Of a stretch of 64,000 bases of DNA, positions 20,734 to 29,969 are shown piece after piece. A program made the position numbers and the translations under genes. The first letter of the stretch is position 1; each line of letters starts with the position of its first letter. The stretch covers positions 637,465 to 701,464 of the forward strand of contig JBAXRQ010000001.1 in assembly GCA_037131105.1 (NCBI GenBank), written 5' to 3'. The notes under the pieces were generated by a model, which had not been told where the DNA came from, did no database searches, and saw only the letters and a list, made by a program, of their open reading frames with translations. This DNA comes from a bacterium. Its GTDB lineage: Bacteria; Patescibacteriota; UBA1384; CAILIB01.

Positions 20734-21031
20734 TATTCGTTTCTGCTCTCCTGATCGTATTCGTACGATCCTCTCTGCTGAAAGAAAGCTGCCGGAACTA
20801 GCAGCACTGACGACCTTATGTCTTCACGACTACGGCGCAGGCCTTGTTCTAGCTCTCTATATTTTTAAACGTCGTTCTGACGTTTGCCGAATACCGCTCC
20901 CCACCCTTTCCCGAGAATCACCGCAATATGCGGGCTCGGAATGCGAAAGGCCTCCGGGACGGGCTTCCCACCGACTACATGTAGCGTCCGTGAGCGAAGC
21001 CGGCCAGAATTATTAGAACCAGATGCGAATA
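20734..21031 (+). ncRNA. Candidate structured ncRNA or long leader of about 300 nt, family unknown
   Basis: Promoter- and terminator-bounded, no ORF in track; 5'/3' closing stem, UUCG hairpin, several hairpins, potential pseudoknot. Confidence 0.65.
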
Positions 21032-21065
21032 GATAGTCGGACACCTCGGTGCCCGGCTATCTTTT
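21031..21065 (+). terminator. Intrinsic terminator, possibly bidirectional
   Basis: AGATAGTCGGACAC-CTCG-GTGCCCGGCTATCT-TTT. Confidence 0.75.
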
Positions 21066-21071
21066 ATTATT

Positions 21072-21225
21072 CAGCAAACAAATAACAGGATGGTGGAAAG
21101 TCGGTAGGCGATGAATTAGCATATGCCCTCTCAATGACTAGAACAACCAGCAAGATTAGATAGAACCGGGCTTTCACAAAGCAATAACTGAGATATCGCC
21201 TAAACAACCTCCCGTCCTCTGCTGG
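21072..21225 (-). ncRNA. Candidate rod-shaped RNA
   Basis: Minus strand folds into a long imperfect hairpin: GGGAGGTTG/CGACTTTCC, TAGGCGAT/ATCGCCTA, GCCC/GGGC. Confidence 0.4.
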
Positions 21226-21283
21226 CCAATAGAAGAAGCCGGCTGTATACTCAATCTGAAACTCTATTGGATATATTCTCTTC

Positions 21284-22120
21284 ATGAAAAAGCGTCCTGC
21301 CTTTACCCTTCTGGAAGTACTCGTGGCTATGGTCATCATTCTTGCATTGGCCGGTACCGCCTACTGCCTAAAAAGTCGACCTGTAGCTAGCACTCCTACT
21401 CCCACTCCTACTACCTCACCTAAGGCCAAGGCCAGTGTGACCCCTACTACTACTGCAAGCCCGACTCCAACCCCGACACTTGATCCCAAACAGCTGATTT
21501 CGGTCACCCTGAAGGTCAAGTCATTTCCCACTACGAGCAGCAACACTGGCAAGGACGGTCTTGAGCCCACCGAAAAGCCATACCCTGCCACGGTCACCGT
21601 CTCGCTTCCCCGCTCACTCTCTACCGCAGTGGGAGCCTATGAGGCAGGCAACTTCGTCTTTCTCGCGCCAGCCGGCTGGACTGGCAAAGGTTCGATCGGT
21701 ACTGATGGAGGAACGTATGTAGCCGCCTACCCCGTCGGTGGCACAGATACCAGCGGCCCCCACTTTGCCATTTACGATGAAGAAGGCTGCATGACCTGCA
21801 TTTCAGACGACGCCGCCACCTATTTCCCTGACGGACCCAAGTGGCGATCGGATAACTGGCCGCCTCCTTACGCAGCATCAACCGTTATCTTCAAGAGTCG
21901 CACACTGCTTACTCCCCAGATTGTCAGCTACAGCCTACCTACCACTAAAGACGGACTTTCCCAGGATGGCATCGCCTATGTCGGAATGAGTGGAGGAAAA
22001 GTCGCCGCACCCCTGTACCATACTGAGATTACTCTTCCAGCTTCTCAACACGACCTAGCCAGTACCCTGCTCAATGACTTCATTGACCGCCAGAAGCTGA
22101 AGAGCAATCCAACCCATTAA
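21284..22120 (+). CDS. Prepilin-type N-terminal protein with Thr/Pro linker and extracellular domain (DUF4850-like)
   Basis: KKRPA/FTLLEVLVAMVII; LAPAGWTG, CMTC. Confidence 0.7.
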   Translation: MKKRPAFTLLEVLVAMVIILALAGTAYCLKSRPVASTPTPTPTTSPKAKASVTPTTTASPTPTPTLDPKQLISVTLKVKSFPTTSSNTGKDGLEPTEKPYPATVTVSLPRSLSTAVGAYEAGNFVFLAPAGWTGKGSIGTDGGTYVAAYPVGGTDTSGPHFAIYDEEGCMTCISDDAATYFPDGPKWRSDNWPPPYAASTVIFKSRTLLTPQIVSYSLPTTKDGLSQDGIAYVGMSGGKVAAPLYHTEITLPASQHDLASTLLNDFIDRQKLKSNPTH

Positions 22121-22128
22121 TTGATCGC

Positions 22129-23343
22129 ATGCCTTCCACCTCCTCTACCCCCAAGCTCATCTCACCCGTCGTAATAGCCGGCCTTGCAATTGTTCTCATG
22201 GCCGCAGGTATAGTCCTGTATTGGAACGGCAAAAAAGCCACTACGGTCGCAACGGTTGTGACCGCATCTCCCACTGCAAAGGCCACCGTTACGTCTTCTG
22301 CCACAACCGATCCAACGAGTAACTGGAAGACCTATACTGCCACGACCATTCATCTGAGTTTCAAATATCCATCGGGCAGCACGTATACACAGAAAGAAGC
22401 GATACCGCCCCCTGTTAAAACCGCAGGACATCAGATTTACTTCAGTGACTCCAGCAAAGCATACCCCTCCTTCTACGCCACTAGTACGGACTTTGTCGCC
22501 AGCGATACCATTCCCCACGACCTGATCAAGGGAGATCTTACTTCAGCCACGTCATTTACTGTCAACGGCTTCGACATGACCAAGAGCCTAGTGAAAGAAG
22601 TTACCCCAGGTGTCTACCTGTTTTCTGGCTACTCCACAGCCGAGTGCTCCCCCGGCACCTCTTCCCACCTGTTTATTGCAGCACCCAAGAACTCAGGACT
22701 GAAGTATATTGATTTCTATCTTGGCGCCGGAGCAGCATTTACGGATGCTGACAACGGCACCGAGCCCTGTGACATCAAGGCAGCCTCTATTACACAGCGC
22801 GTCAATGACCTTCAGAACGGCAAGGTGACTGATGTTAAGGCAAGCCTAGATAAGGCACTACTCATTACTACTACTTTCAAGGCCACAGAGCTGACTGCGA
22901 CCGAACTCCAAAACGAGACATACCCCAACGACGGCATCCCCCACGATTCCCAGACCATCATCCTTACCAAGGGCGCCTACACCTTCAAGGACCCTGCCTA
23001 CCCACTGTACGACTTCACGGCAGTCATCGATGACAAGCTCACCGCCTTTGGCGACCTGAACGCTGACGGCACCAAGGACGCCATTGTCACCATCACCAAG
23101 ACCGTGGGCAGCGGTGGCGGCCCACAAATCTTTTCAGTAGTGAATGACCATGGCAAAACAGTCAGCCATACTTCTGACCTTCCTGCCTTGCAAGATCGTG
23201 ACATCATCAACTCCATCACCATCAAGGACGGTATCGCCACCTTTGACCTCACCGTGCATGGCCCTAATGACTCACTAGCTACTCCCACCGTTCACGAGGT
23301 AGACCGTTACAAGCTCTCAGGAACCCAGCTCGTTAAGGCCTAA
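22129..23343 (+). CDS. Membrane-anchored surface protein
   Basis: TM anchor, Thr-rich linker, NWKTY....LSFKYP motif, GDLNADGTKDA Ca-binding-like loop. Confidence 0.75.
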   Translation: MPSTSSTPKLISPVVIAGLAIVLMAAGIVLYWNGKKATTVATVVTASPTAKATVTSSATTDPTSNWKTYTATTIHLSFKYPSGSTYTQKEAIPPPVKTAGHQIYFSDSSKAYPSFYATSTDFVASDTIPHDLIKGDLTSATSFTVNGFDMTKSLVKEVTPGVYLFSGYSTAECSPGTSSHLFIAAPKNSGLKYIDFYLGAGAAFTDADNGTEPCDIKAASITQRVNDLQNGKVTDVKASLDKALLITTTFKATELTATELQNETYPNDGIPHDSQTIILTKGAYTFKDPAYPLYDFTAVIDDKLTAFGDLNADGTKDAIVTITKTVGSGGGPQIFSVVNDHGKTVSHTSDLPALQDRDIINSITIKDGIATFDLTVHGPNDSLATPTVHEVDRYKLSGTQLVKA

Positions 23344-23442
23344 GTACCCTTCCCTAGCCCCTTCTCACTTACTGCGCTTGTCGTGGTTTGCCCCTGATCA
23401 GGTTCAGGCTGTATACTTAGTTCATCATTCGTCACACATCCC

Positions 23443-25131
23443 ATGGACCTCAAGGAAGAACTGAAGCCGTTACTGAAGGGTGAACTACATGACGACGCTG
23501 CCGCGCTTGACGCTGCCAGCCGTGACGCCAGCCTGTTCGAGGTACATCCACGCCTGGTAGTCGCTCCCGCTGACGCCAAGGATATCTGCGCCATCGTCGA
23601 GTACATCAACAAGCATCCCGACCAGGAACTTTCCGTCACTCCTCGCAGTGCCGGCACCGACATGTCCGGCGGCCCTTTGACCGAGTCCATCGTCCTAGAC
23701 ATGCTCCCCCACTTCAACAAGGTCATCAAGGTAGGTGACGGCTGGGCCGAGACCGAGCCAGGCGTATTCTACCGCGACTTTGAGAAAGAAACTCTGAAGA
23801 AGGACTTGCTACTACCTTGCTACACCGCCTCACGCGAGCTTAATACCATGGGCGGCATGGTCGCCAATAACTCCGGGGGCGAGAAAAGCCTGACCTTTGG
23901 TAAGACCGAAAACTTCATCGAGGAGCTGCACATGGTCCTGGCCGACGGCAAGGAATACGTCGTCAAACCCCTGAACAAGAAGGAGTTAGCCGATAAGATG
24001 AAGCTGGACGGCTTCGAAGGCGACCTCTACCGCGACATGTACCACCTCATTGAGAGCCACTACGACAAGATCAAGGCAGCCAAGCCCCATGTCTCTAAGA
24101 ACTCGGCAGGCTACTTCCTTTGGAATGTCTGGGACCGGGAGACCGGTGTATTCGACCTCTGCAAGCTTATCGCTGGATCTCAAGGTACGCTCGGCGTCGT
24201 TACCAAGGTCAAGTTCCGCCTGGTCAAGCCCAAGCCTCACTCTCGCCTGCTGGTCATCTTCCTAGCTAACTTCAACAACCTTGGTGACTTAGTTAATGAA
24301 GTGCTCGAGTTCAAACCTGAAAGCTTCGAGTCCTACGACGACCACACCTTAAAGCTAGCTATCAGGTTCGCCCCTGAGATGGCTAAGGCCATGAAGGGTT
24401 CGATGTTTGGCCTGGCCCTGGACTTCATTCCTGACGCCTTCACGGTCATGCAGATGGGACGCCTACCAAAGATGGTACTGATGGCGGAGTTCACCGCAGA
24501 CACCGAGGAAGAGGCCGACGCCACCGCCAAGGCCGCCCAGGAGCGCATCGCCCACCGAAACCTGCACACGCTCACCACCCGCAGCGAACATGACGGCAAG
24601 AAGTACTGGACCGTCCGTCGCGAAAGCTTCAGCCTGCTGCGTCACCATATCAAGGAGAAGCACACGGCTCCTTTCATTGACGATACCGCCGTCCTCCCTT
24701 CCCAGCTTCCTGAGTTCCTGCCTGCCCTGGATGCCATTATGGCTAAGTACGATCTGATCTATACCATTGCCGGCCATATCGGCGACGCCAACTTCCACAT
24801 CATCCCGCTGATGGACCTGGCCGACCCTAAGACCCAGGACATCATCCCGCAGCTGTCACGCGAGGTCTATGACCTTATCTACAAGTTCCACGGCACCATC
24901 ACGGCCGAGCACGGCGACGGCATGATCCACGGCCCCTTCCTGAAGGGCATGTACGGCGAGCAGATCTTCGGACTCTTTGAGCAGACCAAGAAGATCTTCG
25001 ACCCCAAGAACATCTTCAACCCCGGCAAGAAGATCCAGTCCAAGCTGACCTACTCAATGCATCACTTCATCGACGACAGCCACATCCTGTCCGACGAGAA
25101 GACCCGCTGGGCGGCCCCAAAGAAAGCCTAG
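23443..25131 (+). CDS. FAD-linked oxidoreductase (GlcD / D-lactate dehydrogenase-like)
   Basis: PRSAGTDMSG, GGMVANNSGG, GSQGTLG, GHIGDANFH, AEHGDG, FDPKNIFNPGK. Confidence 0.9.
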   Translation: MDLKEELKPLLKGELHDDAAALDAASRDASLFEVHPRLVVAPADAKDICAIVEYINKHPDQELSVTPRSAGTDMSGGPLTESIVLDMLPHFNKVIKVGDGWAETEPGVFYRDFEKETLKKDLLLPCYTASRELNTMGGMVANNSGGEKSLTFGKTENFIEELHMVLADGKEYVVKPLNKKELADKMKLDGFEGDLYRDMYHLIESHYDKIKAAKPHVSKNSAGYFLWNVWDRETGVFDLCKLIAGSQGTLGVVTKVKFRLVKPKPHSRLLVIFLANFNNLGDLVNEVLEFKPESFESYDDHTLKLAIRFAPEMAKAMKGSMFGLALDFIPDAFTVMQMGRLPKMVLMAEFTADTEEEADATAKAAQERIAHRNLHTLTTRSEHDGKKYWTVRRESFSLLRHHIKEKHTAPFIDDTAVLPSQLPEFLPALDAIMAKYDLIYTIAGHIGDANFHIIPLMDLADPKTQDIIPQLSREVYDLIYKFHGTITAEHGDGMIHGPFLKGMYGEQIFGLFEQTKKIFDPKNIFNPGKKIQSKLTYSMHHFIDDSHILSDEKTRWAAPKKA

Positions 25132-25143
25132 GCCTAAGGAACT

Positions 25144-25172
25144 AAAAAGGAGCGGCATGAGCCGCTCCTTTT
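25144..25172. terminator. Bidirectional intrinsic terminator
   Basis: AAAAAGGAGCGGC-ATGA-GCCGCTCCTTTT between convergent genes. Confidence 0.85.
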
Positions 25173-25187
25173 GCTGTGCGCGATGAA

Positions 25188-25283
25188 TTATTTGCAGTCT
25201 TCGCAGGCGCAGTGATCAGCGCAGGCGCACTCAGCAGTGGTCTCGGCGTGCTTAGGGCATTCGACGCAGGTACATTCTTCCAT
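25188..25283 (-). CDS. 31-aa Cys-rich metallothionein-like peptide
   Basis: MEECTCVECPKHAETTAECACADHCACEDCK (8 Cys, 2 His); upstream TATGAT -10 box, downstream terminator. Confidence 0.7.
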   Translation of the reverse strand: MEECTCVECPKHAETTAECACADHCACEDCK

Positions 25284-25472
25284 ATGATGGTGTTACTGGT
25301 AGGCAGAATCATACTCTCACCCCGCCCGGCAAGACGTCAACCTCTGCTAGTCTTAGCCAGGTTCAAGCCAAATCTCAGATTCCTGGCGTAGGCTAAAGCC
25401 ATAACCATTAAACCAAGGAGGTTCATGAGATAGCCGTTCCACAATCTGCATTTCACCCATTAATACCTACCC

Positions 25473-25874
25473 ATGATCAGTAAGCGCACGGTCCTCTTCG
25501 CGAGTCTAGCCCTAGCGGCCACCGCAGGCAGCGGCCTTCTCACACCGACAGGATTTGCCAAGGCAAGTAGCGGAGAACCCAACAGTGGGGACCATCCCCC
25601 AAGCCACCACCAGCGTGAAGCCAGGCCCCCACTCATCGACAGCCTTGATTCAGCGGTCGCCAGGGGCTCACTTACCACATCCCAGCATGATCTCATTGAG
25701 GCAAAACGAGCCGAGACCAAGACTTCGCTTGATGCCATCAGGAAGCTCTCCACGGTTACAGAGCGGAAAGCGGCCATCCAGAAACTCCGGACTTCCCTCT
25801 CCGACTGGGCCAAGCAAAACAATATCGATGAACAGTGGATACGAATCCCCGTCTTACACCCTAGGCACAGATAA
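25473..25874 (+). CDS. Secreted hypothetical protein
   Basis: Signal peptide, LDSAVARGSLT..Q, LSDWAKQNNID; terminator at about 25890-25920. Confidence 0.7.
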   Translation: MISKRTVLFASLALAATAGSGLLTPTGFAKASSGEPNSGDHPPSHHQREARPPLIDSLDSAVARGSLTTSQHDLIEAKRAETKTSLDAIRKLSTVTERKAAIQKLRTSLSDWAKQNNIDEQWIRIPVLHPRHR

Positions 25875-25982
25875 CGACTAAAGATTGACTCCGGCCCCAT
25901 CTAGGGGCCGGTTTTTTTTGCCGACTTGAGCCGACTTACTATTAGACGTAGACTGAGAGCGTCTATCCGTCATTATTTATCT

Positions 25983-26249
25983 ATGCTCTTCCAGGAATTT
26001 GAACACGAGGCATTTTACTATGGTAAGGGCAGCGCCGTCATGAAGGTTGGCGACATCCTGGAAACCATGGTCGGCAGCGAACCGCATTATCTCAAAGTAG
26101 CTAGAAATCCCACCACTGACCTGATCCATCTTATCGACGGTGCAACCCATGAGGTCAGGGATATCAGTCCCAGTGACAGGGAGTTCTTCGACCAGGAATG
26201 CTATGCACCCATGAACCCCAATAGCATCCCCAGCTTTCCTGAGTACTAG
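25983..26249 (+). CDS. Hypothetical protein
   Basis: ORF abutting the downstream NUDIX gene. Confidence 0.55.
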   Translation: MLFQEFEHEAFYYGKGSAVMKVGDILETMVGSEPHYLKVARNPTTDLIHLIDGATHEVRDISPSDREFFDQECYAPMNPNSIPSFPEY

Positions 26250-26756
26250 GTGCCGCCCGTGACCGTCTCACAGGCCCGATCCGAGTTCAGTCATCTACTC
26301 TTTGACGTCACCATTTGTTTTTTAGTACGGGCTGACGAGATCCTTCTTGCCCGCAAGGCACAGAAGATAGGGGCAGGCTTCTGGAACGGCGTTGGAGGAA
26401 AGGTAGAGCCAGGTGAGACGGTAGAAAAGGCCATGGTGCGCGAAACCGAGGAGGAGCTCTGCGTTACGCCCCTTACTTACCGCCAAGCGGTCGTCGCAGA
26501 ATTCTATAACCTGGGGAAGCCCGAATGGACCATGCGCTGTCACATGTACTTTGCTGACTCCTGGGATGGCACCCCTACCGCTACCGTTGAAGCCATACAT
26601 CCGACCTGGTTTAAGCTGGACTCGCTCCCTTGGGAAGAGATGTGGGAGGACGATAGCCACTGGCTGCCGCCGGCACTCGAAGGCAAAACCGTTACGGCTG
26701 CCTTTGTCATCGGCGAGGACAAGCGTATTAAGGACCTGGAGATAAACGCTAGCTAA
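26250..26756 (+). CDS. NUDIX hydrolase (MutT-like 8-oxo-dGTP diphosphatase)
   Basis: WNGVGGKVEPGETVEKAMVRETEEE, LPWEEMWEDD..W. Confidence 0.88.
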   Translation: MPPVTVSQARSEFSHLLFDVTICFLVRADEILLARKAQKIGAGFWNGVGGKVEPGETVEKAMVRETEEELCVTPLTYRQAVVAEFYNLGKPEWTMRCHMYFADSWDGTPTATVEAIHPTWFKLDSLPWEEMWEDDSHWLPPALEGKTVTAAFVIGEDKRIKDLEINAS

Positions 26757-26802
26757 CCCCGGCCTGACACGTTACGATAGAGACACTACATAATCAATCC
26801 CT

Positions 26803-28485
26803 ATGAATACTCTCCGCGGCAACCGCTGGGCCAGCCTGGCCATTCTCTCCATTGGATTCCTGATGATCCTGTTGGACACCACCATCGTCAACGTCTCCAT
26901 CCCTACCATTATCCGCGACCTCAGCGCCTCGCTCAGCGATCTTGAATGGGTCATCAGCGGCTATGCCCTCAGCTTCGCCGCTCTTCTGATCACTTTCGGA
27001 CGTCTGGGAGATCTCTACGGTCGCCGCAACCTCTTCGTAGGGGGACTGGCAGTCTTTACCATCGCTTCCTTCTTCTCAGGTGAGGCAACCAGCAGCAGTA
27101 CCTTGATCATCGCCCGGCTCTTCCAGGGGGTCGGTGGCGCCATGATCTCCCCTGCTACTCTTTCCATCATTTCCTCTACCTTCAAGGGTCGAGAGCGGGC
27201 TACCGCCTTCGGCATCTGGGGAGCAACCGCCGGTATCGCCGTGGCGCTCGGACCCATCCTGGGTGGCTACTTTACCACTTATCAGACGTGGCGCTGGATC
27301 TTCCGGGTAAACATACCTATCGGCATCCTGGCCATCATAGCTACGTATCTCATCGTCGAGGAATCGAAGGAGCCGAAAGACCATAGGATCGACGTTCCCG
27401 GCATGGTCACATCTACCCTGGGCTTCTTCTTCCTGGTATTCGCCCTTATCGAGGGACAGACCTACGGCTGGTGGTCGCAAGCCAAGGCTTTCTCTGCAGG
27501 CGGCTTCGGCTGGGACCATAGCGGACTGTCGATCATCGGCCTTTCATTTATCCTGAGCGCTGTCTTCCTGGCCATCTTCGGGATTATCGAATACATCAAG
27601 ACCAAGGCAAAGCTGGGACCGGCCATCAACATCGACTTCTTCAAGCTCGCCTCCTTCCGCTATGGACTGGTAGCCATCGCCGTCATTTCGCTGGGAGAAT
27701 TCAGCTCGCTCTTCACCCTTCCCATCTTCCTGCAGTCCATCAAGGGAATGACCCCGCTGCATTCCGGCATAGCCACGCTGCCCCTGGCAGTGGCTGTCAT
27801 GATCGCCGCACCGCTTTCCGCCAAGCTGGTAAACCGCATAGGTAGCAAGTGGGTGATCACCACCGGTATCAGCGCTGAGTTTTTAGGTATCTTCCTACTG
27901 AGCCGTCTGAACCTGGACACTGAGTACACCAGCCTACTCCTGCCATTGGCAATTCTTGGCGCCGGCATCGGTCTAGCCATCTCCCAGAACACCCAAGTAA
28001 TCCTCTCTGAGATCAATCCTCAGGAAGCCGGCAGCGCCTCTGGCATCCTAAATACGGTCCGCCAGGTGGGCTCAGCTCTGGGCATCGCCGTTATCGGAGC
28101 CGTGCTGGCCCACCAGTTCAATGCCAACCTCCCCGGACGCGTCAACGCCGTCCCCAATCTTCCCGAAGCCGCCAAGCAGTCCATCGTCAGTCAGGTAGCA
28201 GCAAGAGGAACCGGTGACACGGGACAAGCCCAGGAAGCCACCGCGATCTTCCCGGCCCCATCGGAAGAAGTGGCAAACAACTCAGTGGCCCTGGCTGAAT
28301 ACCAACGCCAGGCCAGGAAAGTCTCCGACGACCTCACTACCGCTTTTCACGGTGCCTTAGCCGACGCTATCGCCTCAGCTATGCGGGTAGGCTCGCTCTT
28401 CGTACTGCTCGGGGCCCTCTGCTCACTACTTATCCCCAACGTCAAACAGCGACGCGAGGAAGAGGCTCAGGCTAGCGCACACTAG
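26803..28485 (+). CDS. MFS drug-efflux transporter (DHA2, EmrB/QacA type)
   Basis: LDTTIVNVSIP, GRLGDLYGRR, ARLFQGVGGA, WRWIFRVNIPIG. Confidence 0.92.
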   Translation: MNTLRGNRWASLAILSIGFLMILLDTTIVNVSIPTIIRDLSASLSDLEWVISGYALSFAALLITFGRLGDLYGRRNLFVGGLAVFTIASFFSGEATSSSTLIIARLFQGVGGAMISPATLSIISSTFKGRERATAFGIWGATAGIAVALGPILGGYFTTYQTWRWIFRVNIPIGILAIIATYLIVEESKEPKDHRIDVPGMVTSTLGFFFLVFALIEGQTYGWWSQAKAFSAGGFGWDHSGLSIIGLSFILSAVFLAIFGIIEYIKTKAKLGPAINIDFFKLASFRYGLVAIAVISLGEFSSLFTLPIFLQSIKGMTPLHSGIATLPLAVAVMIAAPLSAKLVNRIGSKWVITTGISAEFLGIFLLSRLNLDTEYTSLLLPLAILGAGIGLAISQNTQVILSEINPQEAGSASGILNTVRQVGSALGIAVIGAVLAHQFNANLPGRVNAVPNLPEAAKQSIVSQVAARGTGDTGQAQEATAIFPAPSEEVANNSVALAEYQRQARKVSDDLTTAFHGALADAIASAMRVGSLFVLLGALCSLLIPNVKQRREEEAQASAH

Positions 28486-29485
28486 CTGCACTAATATTAA
28501 CGGTTCCGGCTCCGACAGTAAGAACGATTGTGATCTTCTTGCTTGCATTACTATATGAAGGAGTGGCGTAGCCAAAGGTGCCGTCACCGTGAAGGATAGT
28601 GCCATCAGCCTTTATCAGGCCCAGGCCCACATGGTAGACAAGGTTGATTCCTATGCCGTCGGGTACGACGAGATCAAGGGTACCCGTACCGACCTTAAGA
28701 TTAATGGCGCCGGTAGGTACGCTCTCCTTACCCAACTTGATAGCAGCAGAACCGGCTCCCATATCAAAACCAAGGGAGCCTACCTTCAGCGTGTTGAACT
28801 GTACGCCGGCACTCCCTGCCCCCAGCCTAAGGTTCAGGTCGGTCACTAACTCGGTCTGACCCAGGCTCAGGTCATATTCAGGCTGAGCCGGACTAAACGA
28901 AATCGAGTTCTGGTCAACCGTGAGATCAATTACCGTCTTGCCATTCGTAGTGTTCTGGGTGAGCGTAGGCGAGCCACCCATCCCAGTGGCATAAGACTTT
29001 AGACTGGCAGACTTGTCACCACCCAAGTCATCAAGCTGAAGCTTGCCATAACCAGTGGAAACATTGAGAGTACGGCTGCTTGCCGCCGGGGAAGCAGTAG
29101 GGACTGGAAGCTGTACCTGCTTCGTCTCGGTCTTTGGGGTGAACCACTCACCTACCCGTGACGGCACCTGGCCCAGGCCCAGCAAAATGACTCCGCAGAT
29201 AAGCAGCAGTCCAATGAGAAAGACCAGGAAGCTACCCACGCGAGACCTCCCAACAGCCGCCTGAAGTCCCCAGAGCACTAGCAGCAAAGGCCAGAGGCGC
29301 CAGAGCTGCACAGCAAGGCCCAGGTCAAGCGCCCCGTAGTTATTGAGCAGGAAGAGTATGCCTGCACCGATGAGAATAACGGCGAACACTGGCCGGCCAT
29401 GATGACGACGATACCGGTACGCATAAGTCGGCCGCACCGGGTCTTGTTCTGGTGCCGCCTTGATAGGTTCTTCGGAAGTGGTCAT
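28472..29485 (-). CDS. LiaF/DUF5668-like TM domain plus beta-solenoid (cell envelope stress protein)
   Basis: ILIGAGILFLLNNYG, LWPLLLVLWG, repeated (L/M)GAG motifs; SD AAGGAG before ATG 29485. Confidence 0.7.
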   Translation of the reverse strand: MTTSEEPIKAAPEQDPVRPTYAYRYRRHHGRPVFAVILIGAGILFLLNNYGALDLGLAVQLWRLWPLLLVLWGLQAAVGRSRVGSFLVFLIGLLLICGVILLGLGQVPSRVGEWFTPKTETKQVQLPVPTASPAASSRTLNVSTGYGKLQLDDLGGDKSASLKSYATGMGGSPTLTQNTTNGKTVIDLTVDQNSISFSPAQPEYDLSLGQTELVTDLNLRLGAGSAGVQFNTLKVGSLGFDMGAGSAAIKLGKESVPTGAINLKVGTGTLDLVVPDGIGINLVYHVGLGLIKADGTILHGDGTFGYATPSYSNASKKITIVLTVGAGTVNISAASVR

Positions 29486-29487
29486 GG

Positions 29488-29949
29488 CTATCTCCTTGAG
29501 CGGGTTAGGATTTGCCAACCGATAATAATAAGAATTATGGGCCAGAGACGACCCAGTAGACTAAATGAAAAGAGTCCGAAGTTTACCAGTAGAAAGAATA
29601 TGCCGATGCCCACCAGCCAGAGTCCGGCCTGTGAACGGCCCCGGCCATAGCCATGGTCGATCTTTTTCCAGCTATCTTTGATCTCCTGGGCGAACTGCTC
29701 GGCATTGCGGTGCAATGACTCCTGCGATACTGTGCGCTCCTTTTCGGTCTCACTGGGCAAGAGCAGCCAGCATATGCCGTACAGAAGTATTCCGCTCCCC
29801 CCTACAAACGTAAGTAGCAAAAAGAGAAGCCTCACCAAGGTGGGGTCGGTCTCGAAGTATTCGGCAAGTCCGGCGCAGACGCCGGCAATCATTCGGTCGC
29901 TCTCGGAGCGGTAGAGGCGGTGCGGTTTTGGAGATTCAGGATCAGGCAT
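29488..29949 (-). CDS. PspC domain protein with C-terminal LiaF-like TM
   Basis: RLYRSESDRMIAGVCAGLAEYF..DPTLVRL. Confidence 0.9.
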   Translation of the reverse strand: MPDPESPKPHRLYRSESDRMIAGVCAGLAEYFETDPTLVRLLFLLLTFVGGSGILLYGICWLLLPSETEKERTVSQESLHRNAEQFAQEIKDSWKKIDHGYGRGRSQAGLWLVGIGIFFLLVNFGLFSFSLLGRLWPIILIIIGWQILTRSRR

Positions 29950-29969
29950 GGCGGTGACTTACTGATAAG

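Noticed and set aside
20734-21250. tmRNA, RNase P, SRP RNA or canonical group I intron
   Set aside because: No tRNA-like ends or T-loop; GGAAAGTC and GAACCGGGCT resemble RNase P P4 only partly and are too close together; the SRP helix-8 motif does not pair; group I P/Q elements are not in the proper order and there is no host exon.
17707-23343. Diversity-generating retroelement targeting the surface proteins
   Set aside because: No reverse transcriptase and no template/variable repeat pair differing at adenines was seen.
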